Assembly: GCA_037916645.1 (NCBI GenBank)
Contig: JBAIXJ010000103.1
Location: forward strand, 1-31,343
Reading direction: 5' to 3'
Source: Opitutales bacterium
GTDB taxonomy: Bacteria > Verrucomicrobiota > Verrucomicrobiia > Opitutales > Opitutaceae
Length of the DNA: 31,343 bases
The position numbers and the translations under genes were made by a program. The notes beneath the pieces were generated by a model. It did not search any database. It was not told the DNA's origin and was given only the letters and a program-made list of their open reading frames with translations. Shown here piece after piece: positions 7,548 through 16,264 of this stretch (position 1 is the first letter of the stretch; each line of letters starts with the position of its first letter).

Positions 7548-8255
7548 ATGGATGGGGCGCAATCAGCCGAGGAGGCGGCCGGGGCGGGGGCGACGGAGGT
7601 CGTCTATGTCCGAAGCGACCGGGCCCGGCAGTACCGCCTGACGCTGCGGCGCGACGGCGTTGCCGTGGCGACGATTCCGCGGCGCGGCTCGGAGCGGGAG
7701 GCGCGGCTATTCGTGTCCCGCCACCTTCGCTGGCTGGAACGCGCGCGGGCGCGCCTGCGGGCGCAGCCGCTTTCGGTGGCCGAATGGCGGCCCGGCACGG
7801 TGGTACACTGGCGCGGCGCCGAGGTGCCGATCGAAGTGCGGCCCGGGGCGGCGCGGCCCGAGGTGGCGCTCGGGGCCGACGTGTTCCGGGTGCCGCGGCT
7901 CGAGGGGGACCTGCGGCCCGCGCTGCAGATCCGGATGGCGCACCGGGCCCGCATCGAACTGCCGGCCCGGGCGTGGGAACTCGCCGCCGGGACGGACACG
8001 CCGATCACGAACGTGGTCGTCCGGAATCAGCGCGCGCGGTGGGGGTCGTGCTCGGCCCGCGGGGTCATCTCGCTGAACTGGCGGCTGATCCAGGCGCCGG
8101 ACGCGGTGCGGGACTACCTCATCTATCACGAGCTCATGCACCGGCGGGAAATGAATCACTCGGGACGCTTCTGGCGGCACGTCGAGGAGGTCTGCCCCGG
8201 ATGGCGCGCGGCGGAACGCTGGTTGAGGGGGCACGCGGGTCTGCTCGGCGGGTGA
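7548..8255 (+). CDS. M48-like/YgjP (DUF45, SprT-like) zinc metallopeptidase domain protein, 235 aa
   Basis: RNQRARWGSCS, ISLNWRLIQAP, DYLIYHELMH (HExxH), MNHSGRFW motifs. Confidence 0.87.
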   Translation: MDGAQSAEEAAGAGATEVVYVRSDRARQYRLTLRRDGVAVATIPRRGSEREARLFVSRHLRWLERARARLRAQPLSVAEWRPGTVVHWRGAEVPIEVRPGAARPEVALGADVFRVPRLEGDLRPALQIRMAHRARIELPARAWELAAGTDTPITNVVVRNQRARWGSCSARGVISLNWRLIQAPDAVRDYLIYHELMHRREMNHSGRFWRHVEEVCPGWRAAERWLRGHAGLLGG

Positions 8256-8279
8256 CCCCGTTGCGGCCCGCCGGCGGAC

Positions 8280-9245
8280 TCAGGCCCGCGGCGCGGGCCG
8301 CTCCGCGATCAGGGCGCTCGCCAGCACGGCGGTGGCGAGGACCCCGCCGATGACGCCGAGCGAGACCGTCGTGGAGATTTCAATCCAGGGCGCGATCAGC
8401 ATCTTGACGCCGATGAATTCCAGAATGATGGCGAGGCCAAGCTTGAGGTAACGGAATAGCTTCATGACGCCACTCAGCGCGAAATAGAGGGAGCGCAGGC
8501 CGAGGATGGCGAAGATGTTCGAAGTCAGGGCCACGAAGCCGTCCTTGGTGATCGCCAGCACCGCGGGGAGGGAATCGAGGGCGAAGACCAGGTCGGTGGT
8601 CTCGACGACGAGCAGCACGACGAACAGCGTCGTCGCAGCCCGCCGCCCGCGGTCGCGCGTGAAGAAGTGCCCATCGTTCGACCCGGGCACGACGGGGAAA
8701 AACCGGCGGAACACCCGGACGGCGAGATTGTGGTCGGGATTGACGTCGACCTCGGACCGGCGCGGCAGGGCCATCTTGATCCCGGTGTACACGAGAAACG
8801 CGCCGAACAGATAGAGCACCCAGTGAAACCGCTGGATCACGCTCACGCCGGCGAGGATGAAAGCCGTCCGCATCGCCACGGCGCCGAGGATGCCCCAGAA
8901 GAGCACCCGGTGCTGCCAGCGGGACGCGACCTTGAAGTAGGCGAAAATGACGATGAAGATGAACACGTTGTCGACGCTCATGCAGAGCTCGACGAGGTAG
9001 GAGGCGAGGAACTGGTTGCCGAGTTCCGCACCCCGCCAGCGGTAAACCAAGCCGTTGAACAGCAGCGCGAGCGTGATCCAGACCCCGCACCACGCCAGCG
9101 CCTCCTTCATCCTCACTTCGTGCGCCTGCCGCTGAAAGATGCCGAGGTCGAGCGCCAGCATGACCGCGATGAACCCAAAGAAGCCGAGCCACGCCCACCA
9201 CGGAAGCGAGGGAAGTGTGTCGATGGCGGCGATCAGCGGTTGCAC
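8280..9245 (-). CDS. TerC/Alx family integral membrane protein, about 321 aa (GTG start; alternative ATG 9269)
   Basis: MLALDLG, YLVELCMSVDNVFIF, QHRVLFWGILGAVAMR, VETTDLVFALDSLPAVLAIT, SNIFAILGLRSLYF motifs. ATG 9269 falls inside a predicted promoter, favouring GTG 9245. Confidence 0.9.
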   Translation of the reverse strand: MQPLIAAIDTLPSLPWWAWLGFFGFIAVMLALDLGIFQRQAHEVRMKEALAWCGVWITLALLFNGLVYRWRGAELGNQFLASYLVELCMSVDNVFIFIVIFAYFKVASRWQHRVLFWGILGAVAMRTAFILAGVSVIQRFHWVLYLFGAFLVYTGIKMALPRRSEVDVNPDHNLAVRVFRRFFPVVPGSNDGHFFTRDRGRRAATTLFVVLLVVETTDLVFALDSLPAVLAITKDGFVALTSNIFAILGLRSLYFALSGVMKLFRYLKLGLAIILEFIGVKMLIAPWIEISTTVSLGVIGGVLATAVLASALIAERPAPRA

Positions 9246-9259
9246 CAGAGAGGGCAGGC

Positions 9260-9287
9260 ATTGTCCCATCCCGCCGGGGCAGCGCAA
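9260..9287 (-). promoter_or_regulatory. Possible promoter for the TerC gene
   Basis: TTGCGC (9287-9282), N16 ending in TGG (extended -10), GACAAT (9265-9260). Confidence 0.45.
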
Positions 9288-9377
9288 GCGGAAGCGTTCG
9301 GCGGGCCCGCGGCGGCCGGGTCCGGGCATATTCTTTGACTTTCCCGCGCGGGCCGCTTTTACCGAGACCTCCTTGCG

Positions 9378-10616
9378 ATGATGACGCGCGCCCGCTCCCT
9401 GCTGTTCTCCTTCGGCCTGCTGCTGACCGCGATGGTCGCCGCCGGGGCGGCGGCCCGGCCCGCGGCGCCCGAGGCATTGTCGGACAGCCTGCTGAACCGG
9501 ACGGTCGACTGGGTGCTCGCGCTCTTCAAGGCCGAGCCCGGGAGCAACTCCGTCGGCCACTATGCCGCCGCCGGCCTCCTGCTGGTGACGGCCGTCCTGC
9601 TGCGCCGGGCCATCACCCATGTCATCTTCGCCTGGCTGAAACGGCTGGCGGCGCGGACGACATCGACCCTCGACGACAAGCTGCTGCCCGCGCTGGAGGC
9701 GCCGGTGGCGTGGCTGGTGTTTGTCTTTCTGGCTTTCGCCGGTCTGGAGGTGCTGGTGCTCCCCCCGACGGCCGAGGCGTGGATCGGCCACGCCTTCGAC
9801 GTCGTCTGGGTGGCGGTCCTCTTCTGGGGCCTGCTCCGGGCGCTCAACGCCGTCGTCGACCACCTGGTCGAACGGGACACGCAGCGGGGTCTCGGCCTGA
9901 GCCACTTTGTGCCGCTGATCAAGAAGACGCTCGCCGTGGTGTTCATCGTCATGGCGGCGCTGACCGTGGCCCAGCGTCTGGGCGTCCAGGTGGGGGCGTT
10001 CATCGCCGGCCTCGGGATCGGCGGCCTCGCCTTCGCCCTCGCCGCCCAGGAGACGATCGCGAATTTCTTCGGCTCGCTGGTGGTGGTGATGGACCGGCCG
10101 TTCCGGGTGGGTGAATTCGTGCGCATCGCCGGCAGCGAGGGCACGGTGGAGGACATCGGCCTGCGCTCGACCAAGCTCCGCACCGCCGCGCGCACCCTGG
10201 TCGTCATTCCCAACAAGCTGGTGGCGGCCGAGGCCATCACCAACTTCTCGCGCATGCCGCAGCGCCGCGTCGACCAGACGATCGGCCTGACCTACGCCAC
10301 CGCGCCGGAACAGATGGAGGCCATCCTCGAGGACATCCGCGGCATCCTGCGCGGCGATCCCGAGGTGCATCCGCAGACGATCGCGGCGTATTTCGCGGGC
10401 TACGGCGAGTCATCGCTCAACATCGAGATCATCTACTACGCCGCTGATCCCGACTGGGAGCGCCACATGAAGCTGCGGGAGCGCGTCAACCTCCGGATCA
10501 TGCGGGCCGTGGCGGCGCGCGGACTCTCGTTCGCGTTCCCGACCCAGACGCTGCACGTGGAGGACGACGTCGCGCGGAAGCTGGCCGGCGTGAAGCCGGC
10601 CGCGCTGGGGTCGTAA
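9378..10616 (+). CDS. MscS-family mechanosensitive channel (YnaI-like), 412 aa
   Basis: AGLGIGGLAFALAAQETIANFFGS, DRPFRVGEFVRI, GTVEDIGLRSTKLR, IPNKLV, NFSR, SFAFPTQTLHV motifs. Confidence 0.92.
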   Translation: MMTRARSLLFSFGLLLTAMVAAGAAARPAAPEALSDSLLNRTVDWVLALFKAEPGSNSVGHYAAAGLLLVTAVLLRRAITHVIFAWLKRLAARTTSTLDDKLLPALEAPVAWLVFVFLAFAGLEVLVLPPTAEAWIGHAFDVVWVAVLFWGLLRALNAVVDHLVERDTQRGLGLSHFVPLIKKTLAVVFIVMAALTVAQRLGVQVGAFIAGLGIGGLAFALAAQETIANFFGSLVVVMDRPFRVGEFVRIAGSEGTVEDIGLRSTKLRTAARTLVVIPNKLVAAEAITNFSRMPQRRVDQTIGLTYATAPEQMEAILEDIRGILRGDPEVHPQTIAAYFAGYGESSLNIEIIYYAADPDWERHMKLRERVNLRIMRAVAARGLSFAFPTQTLHVEDDVARKLAGVKPAALGS

Positions 10617-10624
10617 TGGGCGGT

Positions 10625-11941
10625 TCAGGGGCCGGCGCCGACCGCCCGGTCGTACGCCGCCCGGTCGGCCAGGAAGGTCCAGCGGGCCGCGGCCAGGGAC
10701 GCCTCGGCGCGGGCCAGCACGGTCTCCGTGTCGAGCAGGTCGGTGACAAGGGCGGCCCCGTTTTGATAGCGCTCGCGGACGACGCGCAGGCTTTCCGTGC
10801 TGGCGCGGACCCCCGCCTCGTTGGCGGCGATGGAGTCCCATGCCCGCTCGAGCTCGGCCGCGGCCGCCCAGACTTCCTGGCGGATCTGCAGGACCCGGCT
10901 GTCGTACACGGCCTGTTCCCGGGCCAGATCCGCCCGGGTGCGGGCGAGGCGATGGGCCCGGCTGCCGGCGTCGAACACCGGGAGGTCGACCGAGACGCCG
11001 AGCTGCCATTCCTTGGTTTCAGGCAGGAAACCGGTGTCGTTCCAGCCGAAGGCGCCGTCGGCCCTCAGCTTGGGAGCGCGGGACGCGCGGGCGCCCTCCA
11101 CGCTGGCGCGGGCGGCCTCCAGGCGCTGCTGCGCGGACTTGAGTTCGGGCCGGTTCGCCACGGCCCGGCGCACGGCCTCCTCCAGGTCGGCCGTCGTCGG
11201 CGGCGGCGCCGCGGCGGCCGGGGGCGCGATCGCGACCGGGGTCTCGGCCGGGCGCCCCATGGCGGTGTTGAGCTGGCCGGAAGCCACCCGCACCTGGCTG
11301 CGTGCGCTGATGAGCTGGAGGCGGGCGGTGGCGACGTCGGCCTCGGTGCGCAGGACGTCGGCGTCCGGAACAGCGCCGGCGTCGCGCCGGACCTTGGCTA
11401 GGCTCCAGTGGCTCTCCGCCCGGGCGAGATTGCGTTCGGCGACGTCACGAAGATCGCCGGCGGCGGCCAGACCGTAGAAAGCCGCCTCCACCGAAAGGCG
11501 GACGTCGGCGCGCGTCGCGTCCGCATCGGCCTGCGCGCTGCCGAGGCGGGCGCGCGCGGCATCCAGTCCCGACCGGCGCTCGCCGAAGTCGAACAACGTC
11601 AAGCGGGAGGCGAGGCCCCCGTTCCAATCGTCGAGCGGCCCGATGAGCTCCGGGATCTCGTGTCCGGGAAGGGTCAGGCCGGAAGGCAGGAAGGCGCGCC
11701 GCTGCCAGCGATGATAGCCCGCGCTCAGGTCAACCTGCGGCCAGTACGGCGCCCGGGCCTCGCCGACGGCCTCGGTGGCGGCGGAGACCCCGGCGGCGGC
11801 GGCGGCCAGCAGCGGCTGGCTGGTCTGGGCGAGGCGGATGCAGTCGTCGAGCGTCAGCGGTGAGGGCGCCGGATCGGCGGCGGCGCCGCGGAGGACGGTG
11901 GCGGCGAGCAGCGGCGCGAGGGAGAGGAGGCGGGTTTTCAT
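10625..11941 (-). CDS. TolC-family outer membrane efflux protein, 438 aa
   Basis: Signal peptide MKTRLLSLAPLLAATVLRG; two OEP-like repeats (YWPQVDLSA..LTLFDFG; RAPKLRADG..VDLPVFDAG); ERYQNGAALVTDLLD; last gene of the ABC operon. Confidence 0.88.
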   Translation of the reverse strand: MKTRLLSLAPLLAATVLRGAAADPAPSPLTLDDCIRLAQTSQPLLAAAAAGVSAATEAVGEARAPYWPQVDLSAGYHRWQRRAFLPSGLTLPGHEIPELIGPLDDWNGGLASRLTLFDFGERRSGLDAARARLGSAQADADATRADVRLSVEAAFYGLAAAGDLRDVAERNLARAESHWSLAKVRRDAGAVPDADVLRTEADVATARLQLISARSQVRVASGQLNTAMGRPAETPVAIAPPAAAAPPPTTADLEEAVRRAVANRPELKSAQQRLEAARASVEGARASRAPKLRADGAFGWNDTGFLPETKEWQLGVSVDLPVFDAGSRAHRLARTRADLAREQAVYDSRVLQIRQEVWAAAAELERAWDSIAANEAGVRASTESLRVVRERYQNGAALVTDLLDTETVLARAEASLAAARWTFLADRAAYDRAVGAGP

Positions 11942-11981
11942 GGCCGGGGAGGGGGAAAGGTCGGGCGGATGACGGACGGAA

Positions 11982-13112
11982 TCAGGCGAGCGTTTTGTGA
12001 AAGCGCTTGACGGCAAAGAGCATGACGCAGAGTCCGATCGCGAAGAGGGAGGCCAGCTGCGGCCAGAGCACCTCGACGCCGATGCCCTTCAGGAACACGC
12101 CGCGGATCACGATCAGGTAGTGCCGCAGGGGATTCAGCAGCGTGAGCCACTGGATGGCCTGCGGCATGTTGGCGATCGGGTAGACGAACCCCGAGAGAAG
12201 CATCGCCGGGAAGAAGAAGAAGAACGTGGTCATCATCGCCTGCTGCTGGGTGCCGCTTACCGTGGAGATGAACAGGCCGATGCCGAGGGTGCTGAGGAGG
12301 TAGAAGGAGGTGCCCAGCAGCAGCAGGCCGAAGCTGCCCCGGATGGGGATCTCGAACCAGAACACGCCGACGAGGGTGACGAGCGCCACGTCGGCGAAGC
12401 CGATGGCGACGAAGGGCGCGCACTTGCCGAGGATGAACTCCACCGGCCGGATCGGCGTGACCATGATCTGCTCGATCGTGCCGACCTCCTTCTCGCGCAC
12501 GATCGCCATGCTGGTCAGCATCAGGCTGATCAACATGACGAGGAGGGCCATCACGCCCGGCACGAAATAGTTGCGGCTCTCGAGATCCTCGTTGAACCAG
12601 GCACGCGGCCGGAGATCCACGCTGCCCGCGGCGATCGTGCGGCCGGCGCGGCGCTCCGCCTGTTCGAGCATGATCGCGCTGTTATAGGCGGACGCGATGA
12701 GGGTGCTGTAATTGAGCACGAGGCGCGCGGTGTTGGAGTCGGCGCCGTCCACGATGAGCTGCGCCGGGGTCGTGCGTCCGCCCCGCAGCTCGTTCGCGAA
12801 GCCCGCGTCAAGCTGCAGGACGGCGCTGGCGTCGGCGGCGTCGATCATCGCCTGGGCGCGGCGCTCGTCGGTGGTCTGCGCCACGACGTCGAAGTAGTCC
12901 GAGCCGTCAAACCGCGCGACGAGAGCCCGGCTTTCGGGCGTCTGGTCGCGATCGACGACGACGAGCCGCACGTGCCGGACGTCCATCGTGACCGCATAGC
13001 CGAAGATCAGGGTCTGGATGACGGGCACGCCGAAGATCACCATCCGCATGCGCGGATCACGAAACACGGAGCGGAACTCCTTGAGCAGGATCGTGAGGAT
13101 GCGTTCGCCCAT
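11982..13112 (-). CDS. ABC-2 type permease (YbhR-like), 376 aa
   Basis: MGERILTILLKEFRSVFRD, AIVREKEVGTIEQIMVTP, LSGFVYPIANMP, LNPLRHY motifs. Confidence 0.9.
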   Translation of the reverse strand: MGERILTILLKEFRSVFRDPRMRMVIFGVPVIQTLIFGYAVTMDVRHVRLVVVDRDQTPESRALVARFDGSDYFDVVAQTTDERRAQAMIDAADASAVLQLDAGFANELRGGRTTPAQLIVDGADSNTARLVLNYSTLIASAYNSAIMLEQAERRAGRTIAAGSVDLRPRAWFNEDLESRNYFVPGVMALLVMLISLMLTSMAIVREKEVGTIEQIMVTPIRPVEFILGKCAPFVAIGFADVALVTLVGVFWFEIPIRGSFGLLLLGTSFYLLSTLGIGLFISTVSGTQQQAMMTTFFFFFPAMLLSGFVYPIANMPQAIQWLTLLNPLRHYLIVIRGVFLKGIGVEVLWPQLASLFAIGLCVMLFAVKRFHKTLA

Positions 13113-13114
13113 GG

Positions 13115-14248
13115 CTACTCCAGTCGTTTGCGGAACTTCGCGATGGCCGCCGCCGCCACGACGGTCGAGAAGACGAGCAGGAAGACGGCGTCCTGCCAGA
13201 GTGTCTCGAGCCCGACGCCGCGCTGGTAGATGCCCTTGACCAGGGCGACGAAATAGCGGGCCGGAACGATGTAAGTGATGGCCTGGACGACGGTCGGCAT
13301 GTTCGGGATGGCGAACATGAAGCCCGAGAGCAGGAAGGCGGGCAGGAAGGTGGAGACCATCGCGACCTGGCTGGCGAGGAGCTGCTGGCGCGCCAGGGTG
13401 CTGATGAGGATGCCCTGCGCCAGGGTGCCGACGATGAACAGGGCCGCCATGGCAAACAGCAGCGGCACGCTCCCGAGCAGGGGGACATCGAAGAGATAAA
13501 CCGCCATCACCACGGCGATGAGCACGTCGACCATGCCGATGACGAAGTAGGGCACGAGCTTGCCCAGGATGATCTCGGGGGCCTTGACCGGGGTGGAGAT
13601 GAGCTGCTCCATCGTACCCCGCTCCCATTCGCGGGCGACGGTCAGCGACGTCAACAGGGCGGCGATCAGCCCCATGATCACGGCGATCAGGCCGGGGATG
13701 ATGAAGTTCCGGGACTTGAGATCCTCGTTGAACCACACCCGCGGACGGAGGTCGAGGGCCGTGGCCGGCGCGCCGCCCGTCGTGCGCCGGATCTGCTCGA
13801 GGGCGATCCGCTGGTTGTAGGCGGCCGTGACCGCCTGGGTGTAGCCGAGGATGATGGCGGCGGTGTTCGAGTCGGAGCCGTCGATCACCGCCTGGACGGG
13901 CGCCGCCCGGCCGGATTCGATCCGGGAGGCAAAATCGGGCGGGACCACCAGGGCGATGGCGGCGTCGCGGGTGTCGATCGCGTGTTCGAGGTCGCGGTAG
14001 CGCGCCACCGGGCCGACGTACTGGAAGTAGCGTGAGCCCGTGAATTGCGCGAGGTAGTCGCGGCTCGCCACGGTGTCGCTCTGGTCCCAGACGACAAGCG
14101 GGACCCGGTCGACGTCGAGGGTCAGCGCATAGCCGAACATCAGGAGCATCAGCATGGGGATGCCGATGGCGAGGCCGAGGCTGCGCGGGTCGCGCCGGAT
14201 GTGCAGGGTTTCCTTGCGGGCGACGGCCCAGAGACGGCGCAGGTTCAT
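13115..14248 (-). CDS. ABC-2 type permease (YbhS-like), 377 aa
   Basis: KETLHIRRDPRSL, AREWERGTMEQLISTP, LSGFMFAIPNMP motifs; ATGA overlap with the upstream ATPase stop. Confidence 0.9.
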   Translation of the reverse strand: MNLRRLWAVARKETLHIRRDPRSLGLAIGIPMLMLLMFGYALTLDVDRVPLVVWDQSDTVASRDYLAQFTGSRYFQYVGPVARYRDLEHAIDTRDAAIALVVPPDFASRIESGRAAPVQAVIDGSDSNTAAIILGYTQAVTAAYNQRIALEQIRRTTGGAPATALDLRPRVWFNEDLKSRNFIIPGLIAVIMGLIAALLTSLTVAREWERGTMEQLISTPVKAPEIILGKLVPYFVIGMVDVLIAVVMAVYLFDVPLLGSVPLLFAMAALFIVGTLAQGILISTLARQQLLASQVAMVSTFLPAFLLSGFMFAIPNMPTVVQAITYIVPARYFVALVKGIYQRGVGLETLWQDAVFLLVFSTVVAAAAIAKFRKRLE

Positions 14249-15231
14249 CGGCGGACCTCCCGGGGCGTGCCGTTTGCGTTCTCCCGCGCCTCGATGAGCG
14301 AGACAAACACGTCCTCGAGGGTCGGCGTGATCCGCTCCAGGCGCGCGAGCGAGAAGCCGCCGGCGGCCAGGGCGCCGCGAATGGCGCGGCCGGCCGCCTC
14401 GGCGTCGGCGGCCACCGCGTGCAGGCCCTTGCCGAACAGCGCGACTTCCTTGACCTCGGGCAGACGCTCGAGCACGCCCATGGCGTCGCTCGGCCGCGCG
14501 CAGTCAACCTCCAGCACGGCCTCCGGCATGTGCCGCGTCTTCAATTCGCGCGGGGTGCCGAGGGCGATCAGCTCGCCGCGGTAGATCACCCCCAGCCGGT
14601 CGCAGTACTCCGACTCCTCCATGTAGTGCGTGGTGACGAACACCGTGACGCCGCGCTCCGCCAGCGCGTAGATCAGGTCCCAGAATTGCCGCCGGCTGAT
14701 GGGATCCACCCCCGAGGTTGGCTCGTCGAGAAAGAGAATGGGCGGTTCGTGGAGCACGGCGCAGCCGAGGGCCAGGCGCTGCTTCCAGCCGCCCGAGAGG
14801 GTCGCCGTGGGCGCGAGCCGGTGCGCCTGGAGGCCCGCCATCTCCAGGACCCAGGCCTTGCGCTCCGCCTTCTTGGCGCGGGGCAGGCGGTAGATGCCGC
14901 TGTAGAAGTCGATGTTCTCCTCGACGGTGAGCTCGTCGTAGAGGGAGAACTTCTGGCTCATGTAGCCGATGCGGGTCTTGATCCGCTCGGTGTCGTGCAC
15001 GATGTCGAACCCGGCGACGCGGCCCGAGCCGGCGGTGGGCGCCAGCAGGCCGCAGAGCATGCGGATGGTGGTGGATTTGCCCGCCCCGTTGGGGCCGAGG
15101 AAGCCGAAGATCTCCCCGCGGCGGACGGAGAAGGAGATGCCGGCAACCGCCTTGAAGGCGCCGAAATGTTTCTCCAGGCCATGGACCTCGACGATCGGCG
15201 CAGCGGCCGCGGTGGATTCGGCGCCCTTCAT
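14245..15231 (-). CDS. ABC transporter ATP-binding protein (single NBD), 328 aa
   Basis: Walker A GPNGAGKST, signature LSGGWKQR, Walker B LFLDEP, TTHYMEE; GGAGGA ribosome-binding site just before ATG 15231. Confidence 0.92.
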   Translation of the reverse strand: MKGAESTAAAAPIVEVHGLEKHFGAFKAVAGISFSVRRGEIFGFLGPNGAGKSTTIRMLCGLLAPTAGSGRVAGFDIVHDTERIKTRIGYMSQKFSLYDELTVEENIDFYSGIYRLPRAKKAERKAWVLEMAGLQAHRLAPTATLSGGWKQRLALGCAVLHEPPILFLDEPTSGVDPISRRQFWDLIYALAERGVTVFVTTHYMEESEYCDRLGVIYRGELIALGTPRELKTRHMPEAVLEVDCARPSDAMGVLERLPEVKEVALFGKGLHAVAADAEAAGRAIRGALAAGGFSLARLERITPTLEDVFVSLIEARENANGTPREVRR

Positions 15232-15323
15232 GATTCCTCCGAGCCGGAATGCGGGCGGTCGCCGCCGGGTTCCGTCGCGACGAGAATGATGAGCATCACG
15301 AGAATGATGACGATCGCGATCAT
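15228..15323 (-). CDS. Putative 31-aa single-pass micro-membrane protein MIAIVIILVMLIILVATEPGGDRPHSGSEES
   Basis: Hand translation (below the track cut-off). Its ATG overlaps the upstream ATPase stop (ATGA 15323-15320) and its TGA overlaps the downstream ATPase start (ATGA 15231-15228); about 24 of 30 codons end in G/C; 16 hydrophobic residues followed by a polar tail. Confidence 0.6.
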   Translation of the reverse strand: MIAIVIILVMLIILVATEPGGDRPHSGSEES

Positions 15324-16249
15324 GGCGCGGCCGGCGGGCCGGGAAGCACGGCGACAAAGACATCCTCGAGCGAGGGCTCGATGCGGCGGAGCGACGCCAG
15401 CTCGAGGCCGGCGGCCGCGAGCTGCGCGCGGACCGCGGCTTCGGCCGCCACGGGATCGGCGGCGGCGACATGGACCCGGTCGCCGAACAGACCCACGGTG
15501 GCGCCCGGCACCTGCGCGCGGAGCAGGGCGGCGGTGCGGCGCGGGGCGGCGGTCCGCACCTCGAGCAGGGCCCCCGGCATCAGGGATTTCACCTCGTCCG
15601 GCGTGCCGAGGCCGAGGAGACGGCCCTGATGGAGGAGGGCGAGGCGATTGCAGCGCTCCGCTTCGTCGAGATACGCCGTCGAGACGAAGATGGTCACCCC
15701 TTCGCGCACGAGCTGGTAGAGGATGCGCCAGAAGTCGCGGCGGGAAACGGGGTCGACCCCGTTGGTCGGTTCGTCGAGAAGAAGGACGCGCGGCGTGTGG
15801 ATGAGCGCGCAGGCGAGCCCGAGCTTCTGCTTCATGCCGCCGGAGAGGTTGCCCGCCAGGCGCTGCTGGAATGGGGTCAGGTTGCTGAAGCCCAGCAGGC
15901 GCTCGGCGCGGGCGGCGAATTCCCGCCGCGGCACGCCATAAAGGTCGGCATAGAAGGCGAGGTTCTCCCGCACGGTGAGGTCGGGATAGAGGCCGAAGCG
16001 CTGGCTCATGTAGCCCAGATGTTCCTTGAGCCGCTCGGCATCGCGCGCGACGTCAAAGCCCGCCACCTCGGCGCGGCCGCCGCTGGGCGGCAGAATACCG
16101 GCGAGCATGCGCATCGTCGTCGTCTTTCCCGCCCCGTCGGGCCCGACGAGGCCGAAGATCTCGCCGTCGGCCACGTCGAGGTCGAGGCCCGCGACGGCGA
16201 CAGCCTCACCGAAGACGCGGCGCAGGCCGGTGGTGCGGATGGCGGACAT
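15320..16249 (-). CDS. ABC transporter ATP-binding protein (single NBD), 309 aa
   Basis: GPDGAGKTT, LSGGMKQK, LLLDEP, STAYLDEAE motifs. Confidence 0.92.
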   Translation of the reverse strand: MSAIRTTGLRRVFGEAVAVAGLDLDVADGEIFGLVGPDGAGKTTTMRMLAGILPPSGGRAEVAGFDVARDAERLKEHLGYMSQRFGLYPDLTVRENLAFYADLYGVPRREFAARAERLLGFSNLTPFQQRLAGNLSGGMKQKLGLACALIHTPRVLLLDEPTNGVDPVSRRDFWRILYQLVREGVTIFVSTAYLDEAERCNRLALLHQGRLLGLGTPDEVKSLMPGALLEVRTAAPRRTAALLRAQVPGATVGLFGDRVHVAAADPVAAEAAVRAQLAAAGLELASLRRIEPSLEDVFVAVLPGPPAAP

Positions 16250-16264
16250 GGCGGGCGGGGCCGT

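Noticed and set aside
9246-9377. yybP-ykoY (Mn2+) riboswitch expected upstream of a TerC/Alx gene
   Set aside because: No recognisable yybP-ykoY sequence features, and the predicted promoter lies about 15 nt from the start codon, leaving no room for an aptamer.
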